Below are positions 1 to 7,027 of a stretch of 12,023 nucleotides of DNA, piece after piece; positions within the stretch are counted from its first letter, which is position 1, and every line of letters starts with the position of its first letter. Under the pieces are notes generated by a model. That model did not search any database. It was not told the origin of the DNA and saw only the letters and a program-made list of their open reading frames with translations. This DNA comes from Thermodesulfobacteriota bacterium. Lineage in GTDB: Bacteria; Desulfobacterota_D; UBA1144; Nemesobacterales; N074bin48. The stretch covers positions 1 through 12,023 of the forward strand of contig JBFFSH010000078.1 in NCBI GenBank assembly GCA_041572575.1, read 5' to 3'. The position numbers and the translations under genes are program-made.

Positions 1-2
1 CT

Positions 3-578
3 TCTATAAAAAGAGGAAGATCATTTGACTTTCTTTCTTTTTCATTTTCAACAGCGCTTATTTCTGTACCAAGTTTTGTTATAGGCGCATTTCTTATATA
101 CATATTCTCAATTAAATACGGGATTCTTCCGGCTGCTTTATGGGGTGAGCCTAAGCATTATATACTGCCGGGCCTTACCCTTGCAGCTGGTCCTGCTGCA
201 TATCTGATGAGACTTGTAAGATCCAGTATGCTTGATGTTACAGGGGCACAGTTTATTAGAACAGCAAAGGCCAAGGGACTGAAAACATATAAAATAATAT
301 TCAAGCATATATTTAAAAACGCCCTTATTCCCATAGTAACCGTGCTGGGGCCGATTACTGCTTACCTTGTAACAGGATCATTTGTAGTTGAACACATATA
401 TGCTATTCCCGGAATGGGCAAATTCTTTGTTTTAGCTGTTTCAAACAGGGACTATCCACTTATTATGGGTATAACCATAGTCTATACAGTAGTATTGGTA
501 GTCTCCAATTTAATAGTTGATATGTTGTATTTAAAGCTTGATCCGAGAATAAGATTTGGAATCAGCACAGACAAATGA
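3..578 (+). CDS. Oligopeptide/dipeptide/nickel ABC transporter permease, OppB/DppB family (5'-truncated by window edge)
   Basis: The frame is open from nt 3, upstream of the ORF-track start at 207 (SIKRGRSFDFLSFSFSTALISVPSFVIGAFLIYIFSIKYGILPAALWGEPKHYILPGLTLAAGPAAYLMRLVRSSML...). It contains the EAA-loop region FIRTAKAKGL, the motifs HIFKNALIP, VEHIYAIPGMG and NRDYPLIMG, and the C-terminal DMLYLKLDPRIR typical of OppB/DppB. Substrate cannot be assigned. Confidence 0.93.
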   Translation, partial: SIKRGRSFDFLSFSFSTALISVPSFVIGAFLIYIFSIKYGILPAALWGEPKHYILPGLTLAAGPAAYLMRLVRSSMLDVTGAQFIRTAKAKGLKTYKIIFKHIFKNALIPIVTVLGPITAYLVTGSFVVEHIYAIPGMGKFFVLAVSNRDYPLIMGITIVYTVVLVVSNLIVDMLYLKLDPRIRFGISTDK

Positions 579-1318
579 GAAATATAAAGCTTTTTATAGA
601 ATATGATGGGACTAATTATCATGGCTGGCAGAGACAACCAGGCCTCAATACAATACAAAAGCTTATAGAAGAAAGTATACAAAAAATAACTAATGAAAAA
701 ACAATAATTACAGGATCAGGAAGAACAGACAGCGGCGTGCATGCAATGGAGCAAGTGGCCAACTTTAAAACTTCATCAACTATAAATACTGATAGAATTA
801 CAAAAGCTCTTAACAGCGTACTTCCCTGTGATATTGCTATTATAAAGTCTCAGCAAGTACATATTGATTTTCATTCTCAGTACGATTCATTGAGAAAAAC
901 CTATATATACAAAATTCTCAACAGGCAAAGCAGGACAGCAATAAACACAAAGAGGGTCTGGCATATACCATATAAACTCGATCTAAAAAAAATGCAGAAC
1001 GCTGCGGCCAGTCTCCTGGGCGAACATGATTTCCTGGTATTTTCCAAAACAGGCTCAGGTGTTAAGACAACTGTAAGATCAATATACAAAGCATCATTTA
1101 CAAAAAAAAGAGACGGGACAATTGAGTTTTGTATCCAGGCAAATGGCTTTCTAAAGGGTATGGTTAGATTAATCACAGGAGCACTTGTAAGTGTTGGCAA
1201 AGGCAAAATGACTGAGAGTGAGTTTGCAGAAATAATCTCAAGCGGTAAAAAACATAAATATATAAAATCCGCCCCTGCGCACGGTCTTTATCTTGCAAAA
1301 GTTGCGTATGACAGTTAA
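575..1318 (+). CDS. truA: tRNA pseudouridine(38-40) synthase TruA
   Basis: 247 aa. Motifs are IEYDGTNYHGWQRQ, catalytic GSGRTDSGVHA (Asp52), GEHDF, FLKGMVR and APAHGLYL. The ATG overlaps the permease stop (ATGA at 575-578). Confidence 0.97.
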   Translation: MRNIKLFIEYDGTNYHGWQRQPGLNTIQKLIEESIQKITNEKTIITGSGRTDSGVHAMEQVANFKTSSTINTDRITKALNSVLPCDIAIIKSQQVHIDFHSQYDSLRKTYIYKILNRQSRTAINTKRVWHIPYKLDLKKMQNAAASLLGEHDFLVFSKTGSGVKTTVRSIYKASFTKKRDGTIEFCIQANGFLKGMVRLITGALVSVGKGKMTESEFAEIISSGKKHKYIKSAPAHGLYLAKVAYDS

Positions 1319-1353
1319 GAATTTTAGCTAAAACTTATTTAAACTTTAAAATC

Positions 1354-2112
1354 ATGAGAATATGCAGATTTATAAACACAAATTCACAAACATGCTATGG
1401 AATAATAGAAAATACAACAGTAACTGAGATTGATAACAGTCCATTTGAAGATTATTCAATAACAGATAAGTCATATGATCTGGACGAGCTAAAGCTTCTA
1501 GCACCCTGCGTCCCTTCCAAAATCGTAGCAATCGGACTCAACTATAAAGATCATGCAGCAGAGATGAACAAGAAAATCCCTGAAGACCCTATGCTTTTTC
1601 TAAAACCAGGCTCCAGTGTGATAGGAAATGAAGATAAAATCATCTATCCGGCTCATATGTCAAAGAGAGTAGATTACGAAGGAGAGCTTGCAGTAATAAT
1701 AAAAAGAGTTGCGAAAAATGTAAGCATGGAAAATGCTATGGATTTTGTTTTGGGTTATAGCTGTCTAAATGATGTAACGGCCAGAGACCTGCAAAGCAAG
1801 GACATCCAATTTACAAGAGCCAAGGGGTTTGATACTTTTGCTCCCATTGGTCCATGGATTGAAACAGATATTGATCCAACTAATCTGGATATAAAAACAT
1901 TTTTAAATGGCGAATTAAAACAAAATTCCAGTACATCCAATTTAATTTTTAATATCCCTAAATTAATAAATTTTATATCCCATGTTATGACCTTGTATCC
2001 CGGGGATGTCATATCCACTGGAACTCCCGGAGGCATTGGACCCATGAAAATAGGTGATAAAGTGGGTATTACAATACAAAGTATAGGTACACTTACTAAC
2101 TATGTGGGGTAA
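1354..2112 (+). CDS. Fumarylacetoacetate hydrolase (FAH) family protein with short N-terminal beta domain (Rv2993c/DUF2437-like)
   Basis: 252 aa. FAH-fold motifs are KIVAIGLNYKDHAAE, FLKP, DYEGEL, NDVTARDLQ, RAKGFDTFAPIGP and GDVISTGTPGG. The N-terminus MRICRF...YGII resembles the DUF2437-type extension. Substrate is unknown. Confidence 0.93.
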   Translation: MRICRFINTNSQTCYGIIENTTVTEIDNSPFEDYSITDKSYDLDELKLLAPCVPSKIVAIGLNYKDHAAEMNKKIPEDPMLFLKPGSSVIGNEDKIIYPAHMSKRVDYEGELAVIIKRVAKNVSMENAMDFVLGYSCLNDVTARDLQSKDIQFTRAKGFDTFAPIGPWIETDIDPTNLDIKTFLNGELKQNSSTSNLIFNIPKLINFISHVMTLYPGDVISTGTPGGIGPMKIGDKVGITIQSIGTLTNYVG

Positions 2113-2115
2113 CAT

Positions 2116-3903
2116 CTATTGATAGCGTTCAGTATAATTTAAAATATATTCTGCTCTTTCTCTTTGCTTTTTATCGAGCTTTGCTTTTCCAGATTTGAGT
2201 GAACGATCAGCAAATTTGTGTGCCTGCTTAAAATCACCCAGCCTTAAATACACTTCTGCTACTAATAAATGAAGTCTTCTATTGTATTTTGAACGCTTAT
2301 CTACTTCTAATAGAACCTGTAATGCTTTTTTGTACTTTTCTTCAGCCAGGGATTCATTCTGTCTATATATCTTATCACCCTCTAAGTAGTAAATTAATCC
2401 CTTGTGGTACTTATATGTTAACTCATACTTAGGATCAATTTTATTAGCATGCTCAAAACTTTGCATGGCTTTTTTAAAATCCCCTTTGCCCATATAAGCT
2501 GTACCCAGATTATTGTAAGCCAGAGCCTTTTGTGATTTGTTGTGATCTTTTTCGTATTCAACAGCCTTGGCAAATTGATCAATCGCCCCATCAATCTGCC
2601 CCTTGTTCATTAGACTATAACCATAATTTAGTCTTGGCATCGGTTGTTGAGGGGACCGCTCGACAGCCTTTTTCCAGAGTGTATAGCTATTTTTCCAGAC
2701 AAACTGCTCCTTAATAGTAAACACGCTGTAAATTAAACATACAAAAACAAGCACTGCCCATATCGAATATATTGGCAGTTTAAATCTTTGCTCACTATGT
2801 ACAAACAGGTAGCCCAGTACCATACAAAAACCTATTGAAGGTATATATAAAAATCTTTCTGCATAAGGAGAAGTAACCACATCAACAACAGAAACAAAAA
2901 CTGCAGGAATTAAAGATATTATTGCAAAAGTTAATCCCAATAAATTGAACCTGTATCTTCTGTAGACAAATAAAAACATCAATATTATTAAAGAAACAGA
3001 AACTATGATAAATCTAATGTCTACAGCAAGCCTTCCCACTGTTATATTAAAATTAAAAGGATAAACAAACTTATAAGCATAAAAACCATATGCGTTTAAA
3101 AAACTCTGAGCTAAAATGCTTATTTTTTCTAATCCACCAGTGTCTTGTCCAATGACTGCTTGTGAAATTTCCGGAATTACTACAAAACCCCTGTTCCTAA
3201 TATATAAATATATTAAAAATATAATTAAGCATATTGAGTAACGTATTATGTATTCTCTTTTTGGGAATTTAGGTCTTATGATGTCATACAAAACAATAAG
3301 AAATGGAAACACAAAAGCCACCTCTTTTGATATAAGCGCTAAACCAAAAAACACTATACATAATGGCAAATAGTATAATTTCTCATAAGACTTAATATAA
3401 AAAATAAAAAAGCCCATTAAAAACACTGCGCAAAGAAGATCAGATCGTGCCAAAATAAATGATACAGATTCCACATGGATGGGGTGTAGAGCAAAAAGGA
3501 GCGAGCTTACAAACGCCGTTTCATATTGCCTAGTATAATTAAGCTCCTTTAGTATCAACAGAGCAAGAAAAAACAGCAATACTGTTGTTATGCTGTGCAT
3601 TACTATATTTGAGAGATGAAACCCAAGTGATTTGCCGTTCCATATGTCATTATCCAATGCCAGGGAAATATGTAGCATGGGTCTGTAATAATCTGATTTA
3701 TTATTTGATTTTTTGGGAATTACTTTATTTATCTGCTTAGAAATTGTTAAATTCTCGATCCTGTTAAGCAAATAAGGTATATCATCCCAGACAAAATCAT
3801 TATTTAATGAAGGGATAAAAACTGCAAACGAAACAAGGAATAAAAACAGTGATGCAATAAGTCTGTTTTTTATTATAGATGGAAGTAAATTATTTGTTTC
3901 CAT
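2116..3903 (-). CDS. TMTC-like membrane protein (GT-C-type multi-TM domain plus about 4 TPRs), putative protein O-glycosyl(mannosyl)transferase, paralog 1
   Basis: 595 aa with about 10-11 hydrophobic segments. Motifs are FVWDD after TM1 (D40-D41, nt 3781-3786), YYRP, GFHLSN, LFALHPIHVESV, ARSDLL, SKE, AERFLYIPS and WKNSYTLW. TPR-like repeats follow (RLNYGYSL..., AYNNLGTAYMGKGDFKKAMQSFEHANKIDP). The CDS and family are confident; the catalytic function is inferred. Confidence 0.85.
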   Translation of the reverse strand: METNNLLPSIIKNRLIASLFLFLVSFAVFIPSLNNDFVWDDIPYLLNRIENLTISKQINKVIPKKSNNKSDYYRPMLHISLALDNDIWNGKSLGFHLSNIVMHSITTVLLFFLALLILKELNYTRQYETAFVSSLLFALHPIHVESVSFILARSDLLCAVFLMGFFIFYIKSYEKLYYLPLCIVFFGLALISKEVAFVFPFLIVLYDIIRPKFPKREYIIRYSICLIIFLIYLYIRNRGFVVIPEISQAVIGQDTGGLEKISILAQSFLNAYGFYAYKFVYPFNFNITVGRLAVDIRFIIVSVSLIILMFLFVYRRYRFNLLGLTFAIISLIPAVFVSVVDVVTSPYAERFLYIPSIGFCMVLGYLFVHSEQRFKLPIYSIWAVLVFVCLIYSVFTIKEQFVWKNSYTLWKKAVERSPQQPMPRLNYGYSLMNKGQIDGAIDQFAKAVEYEKDHNKSQKALAYNNLGTAYMGKGDFKKAMQSFEHANKIDPKYELTYKYHKGLIYYLEGDKIYRQNESLAEEKYKKALQVLLEVDKRSKYNRRLHLLVAEVYLRLGDFKQAHKFADRSLKSGKAKLDKKQRERAEYILNYTERYQ

Positions 3904-3931
3904 TTGTATTTAAATATGCAAAACAGATAAA

Positions 3932-3937
3932 ATTATA
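3932..3937 (-). promoter_or_regulatory. Possible sigma70-type -10 element for an internal promoter of paralog 1
   Basis: Perfect TATAAT on the - strand, 28 nt upstream of the ATG at 3903, within the 52-bp intergenic gap. There is no recognisable -35 or extended-10 TG, and the AT-rich context makes a chance match plausible. Confidence 0.25.
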
Positions 3938-3955
3938 TTTTCTGATACTGAACAC

Positions 3956-5812
3956 TCACTTGTTCATCTGAATAACTTTTGTAGCCTGGGCAGCAAGTTC
4001 GTTTACCAGACCGCTTTGCAGGGCTTTTGTTGCATAATGAACTGCTTTTTCCTTATTTCCAAAATTACTGTTTAGCTTGGAAAGCAAGAGGTATGCTTTT
4101 CCATATCTAGGATAAATAGATGTTGCCTTGAGTAAAAACCTCTCACTTGTAGCAAAATCATCTTCAAGCTTGGACTTACCTGCTCTGATATAATACAACA
4201 AACCAAAATGATAGTATGTCTTATAAAAGCCCGGATCACTTTCCAGTGCGATGAGAAGAGTTCTTGCGGCCTGCTCATAATTATTTTTATTAATATAAGC
4301 AACCCCCAGATTATTTGCTGCAATAGCTCTTCCTGTGGGAGTATTCTGTATGTCCGGTTTTAAGCTTATATTAAATTCACTGATTGCTTCGTCAGTTCTT
4401 CCCGCATCTAAAAGAGCCATTCCATAATTTATATGGGGTATTGCATGATGATCCGACTTGCTGGAGGCATCCTGCCAAAAATTAAGCCTGCTTTGCCAGA
4501 CGCTCTGTCTGTCGATAGTAAAAAACATAAAACTGCCGATAAGAAAACATGTAATTACCAGTGATACAGTCCTTGTTTGTGGTTTATCCAAAAACCCAGT
4601 AAGTAGATAAGCTACAAGCATACAGTATCCTACAGTAGGCAGGAACAGATACCTTTCAGAAACTGGAGTAGCGATAAATGCAAATATTGCAATTAGTACA
4701 GATGGACCCAGGGTTAAAAAGACCCAAAAGATATTAAATGTAATAAATTTTTTATTTCTTAAATAAGAATAAAAGAAAAATATTACCAATATAGCAATCA
4801 AAATTATAGAAACTGTTAAGTATAAAACCTGGGTCGGCAGGTAGGTTACAAAGGCGTTAAATGTGTAGGGAAAAAGTAATTGCTTTAAATAGTAAGCATA
4901 GGAGACAATAAATACCTTAAATATTCCAAAATAATATAGTAATTGGCCAGGACTTTGAGAATCACTTACAATATCAGGATTATATACTTGAGGTATATTG
5001 ATAAAAGATCTTGAACGCAGATATAAATACAAACCAGTGAGACTAAAATATACCACGTACCTAAATAAATCTGCTTTTGTAATAGGTCTTTTCACCAAAT
5101 AATCCATACATATTATCAAGAGCGGAAATGCAACTGCCACTTCTTTTGAAAATAGTGAAAATAAATAAAACAAACATACTACTGGCAGCAGATAAAATTT
5201 CTTGTAGCTTAATATATGAAATCCCAGAGCAAACAGGAAAAACATAGTACACAAAACATCAGTCCTGCCCGCAATCCATGATACAGACTCTACGTGCATT
5301 GGGTGGAGTACAAAGAGCAGGGTAGCAAGCATGGAAAAAGTAAGTGCCTGTTTAATTGAAAAAAGCCTGGTTATTCTGTTTGATAAGAAAAACATGCCTA
5401 CAACAGTAAAGGCATAAAAAATGGAATTGCTAAGGTGATATCCAAATGGGTTTAAATTCCAGTTATTCCAGTCAATTATATATGATATTGGTATGGTTGG
5501 CCTGTAGTAGAGCAGTTTTTTCGTTTCATTTACAGCAGGAATAAATTTTGAAATTAAACTGGTATTTTCAAAATTATAGTAGCTTTTCTTAATAACCTCC
5601 ACATCATCCCAAACAAACTCATTTTTTAGTGAAAAAGAATAGAGTACAAATGCAAGGACAAAAAACAGTATAGAAAGAAAAACCTCACCCCTCAGCCAAC
5701 TAGGCAGCTTTAGGGTTAACTCATCTAATTGCTCAGACTCAACTTGAGTCTTTACATCTGATGTACCTACATCCTTGTTCTTAGTATTTTTAGCTCTTTT
5801 TTTCTTTGCCAA
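3956..5812 (-). CDS. TMTC-like membrane protein (GT-C-type multi-TM domain plus about 4 TPRs), putative protein O-glycosyl(mannosyl)transferase, paralog 2
   Basis: 618 aa from a TTG start (start position uncertain), with a basic N-terminal tail. Motifs are FVWDD (D69-D70, nt 5603-5608), YYRP, GYHLSN, LFVLHPMHVESVSWIAGRTDVL, SKE, SERYLFLPT and WQSRLNFW. TPR-like repeats follow (PHINYGMAL..., AANNLGVAYINKNNYEQA..., AYLLLSKL...). Confidence 0.85.
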   Translation of the reverse strand: MAKKKRAKNTKNKDVGTSDVKTQVESEQLDELTLKLPSWLRGEVFLSILFFVLAFVLYSFSLKNEFVWDDVEVIKKSYYNFENTSLISKFIPAVNETKKLLYYRPTIPISYIIDWNNWNLNPFGYHLSNSIFYAFTVVGMFFLSNRITRLFSIKQALTFSMLATLLFVLHPMHVESVSWIAGRTDVLCTMFFLFALGFHILSYKKFYLLPVVCLFYLFSLFSKEVAVAFPLLIICMDYLVKRPITKADLFRYVVYFSLTGLYLYLRSRSFINIPQVYNPDIVSDSQSPGQLLYYFGIFKVFIVSYAYYLKQLLFPYTFNAFVTYLPTQVLYLTVSIILIAILVIFFFYSYLRNKKFITFNIFWVFLTLGPSVLIAIFAFIATPVSERYLFLPTVGYCMLVAYLLTGFLDKPQTRTVSLVITCFLIGSFMFFTIDRQSVWQSRLNFWQDASSKSDHHAIPHINYGMALLDAGRTDEAISEFNISLKPDIQNTPTGRAIAANNLGVAYINKNNYEQAARTLLIALESDPGFYKTYYHFGLLYYIRAGKSKLEDDFATSERFLLKATSIYPRYGKAYLLLSKLNSNFGNKEKAVHYATKALQSGLVNELAAQATKVIQMNK

Positions 5813-5944
5813 TTTTTTAGATCTTAAATTGATTTGTTATGTCTGGCATATATTTTAACCATAATAAAACTAACAATTCCATCTAATTTTTTATTTCAGG
5901 TAAAATACGCAGTTTTAATTACTAAAAACAGGAGAACAGAATAT
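5813..5944. promoter_or_regulatory. Divergent promoter region between the TMTC-like pair and the leuB-mfd-foldase run
   Basis: This is the only head-to-head gap in the window (132 bp, very AT-rich). TAAAAT -10-like hexamers occur on + (5901-5906) and - (5852-5857). No convincing -35 elements were found. Confidence 0.55.
5930..5935 (+). promoter_or_regulatory. Shine-Dalgarno site of leuB
   Basis: AGGAGA lies 9 nt upstream of the ATG at 5945. Confidence 0.8.
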
Positions 5945-7027
5945 ATGCCTAAAATTCTTTTACTGCCAGGCGATGGTATAGGAACCGAAGTTACAAATGA
6001 AAGTATAAAAATCCTCAATTTTTTAAATGAACAGGAAAACCTTGGACTGGAATTTGAAGAAGCTTTATTTGGCGGCGCATGTCTTGATGAACACAAGATT
6101 CCTATTACAGATAAAACAATAGAAATTGCAATGGAATCGGATGCTGTGCTTATGGGTGCAGTGGGAGGACCTAAGTGGGACAGCCTGCCTCATGAGATAA
6201 GACCCGAGCGAGGGTTGCTGAGAATAAGAAAAGAGCTCGATGCCTTTGCAAACCTAAGACCCGCCGTGGTTTTTGGCCCATTAAAAAACGCATCTACCCT
6301 GAAAAATGAGATTGTAGACGGGGTTGATATAATGGTAGTAAGAGAGCTTACCGGAGGGATATATTTTGGAACTCCGCGGGGCATAGAATACCTGGATAGC
6401 GATGAGAAAAAAGGCACCAATACACTTAGCTACACAACCAGCGAAATAAAAAGAATAGCAAGAGTTGCATTTGAAATTGCAGGCAAGAGAAAGAAAAAAG
6501 TAACCTCGATTGATAAAGCAAATGTGCTGGAAGTCATGCAGCTGTGGAGAGATACGGTAACTGAAGTAAAAGAAACAGAATTTGCTGATATTGAGCTTGA
6601 ACATTTATATGTGGATAACGCGGCCATGCAGCTTATCAGAAGACCCAAGAGCTTTGATGTTATGCTTGCAGGAAATATGTTTGGAGATATTATAAGCGAT
6701 GAAGCAGCTCAGCTTACAGGATCACTTGGCATGCTTCCCTCTGCAAGTATCGGTACTCACGGCGCAATATATGAACCTGTACACGGAAGCGCACCGGATA
6801 TAGCAGGGCAAAATCTTGCAAATCCAATAGCGTCGATACTTACTACAGCTATGATGCTGAAGTATTCACTAAACCTTGATTCTATTTCAAATAAAATTCA
6901 AAGCTCCGTGGACAGTGTGCTAGAAAGTGGCTATAGAACAGGAGATATTTATGAACAGGGCTCAAAGAAGGTTAACTGTACGGAAATGGGTGATTTAATT
7001 CTCAAAGATTTACAAAATAATTATTAA
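5945..7027 (+). CDS. leuB: 3-isopropylmalate dehydrogenase
   Basis: 360 aa from ATG 5945 (MPKILLLPGDGIGTEV), supported by the SD and the family-typical N-terminus. Motifs are GAVGGPKWD, RPERGLLRIRK, NLRP, VRELTGGIYFG, DKANVL, YVDNAAMQL, NMFGDIISDEAA and EPVHGSAPDIAG. Confidence 0.96.
   Translation: MPKILLLPGDGIGTEVTNESIKILNFLNEQENLGLEFEEALFGGACLDEHKIPITDKTIEIAMESDAVLMGAVGGPKWDSLPHEIRPERGLLRIRKELDAFANLRPAVVFGPLKNASTLKNEIVDGVDIMVVRELTGGIYFGTPRGIEYLDSDEKKGTNTLSYTTSEIKRIARVAFEIAGKRKKKVTSIDKANVLEVMQLWRDTVTEVKETEFADIELEHLYVDNAAMQLIRRPKSFDVMLAGNMFGDIISDEAAQLTGSLGMLPSASIGTHGAIYEPVHGSAPDIAGQNLANPIASILTTAMMLKYSLNLDSISNKIQSSVDSVLESGYRTGDIYEQGSKKVNCTEMGDLILKDLQNNY

Noticed and set aside
3903..3944. AT-rich inverted repeats between the two TMTC-like genes (TATTTAAATA at 3907-3916; CAGATAAAAT...ATTTTCTG)
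   Set aside because: The stems are short, bulged and almost all A/T, with no terminator-like GC stem. They are expected by chance.
985..5803. A/T homopolymer runs of 7-8 nt (in truA near 985 and 1102, and at the 5' end of paralog 2 near 5797) as phase-variation tracts
   Set aside because: Runs of this length are common in AT-rich, Lys-rich coding DNA, and all reading frames are intact.
5839..5886. Short ORF MSGIYFNHNKTNNSI upstream of leuB as a possible attenuator leader peptide
   Set aside because: It has no Leu codons, no SD and no terminator/antiterminator hairpins, so it is not a leucine attenuator.
5834..5944. 37-aa N-terminal extension of LeuB given by the ORF track (TTG start at 5834)
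   Set aside because: ATG 5945 has a good SD (AGGAGA) and gives the family-typical start. The extension would fill the divergent promoter gap.
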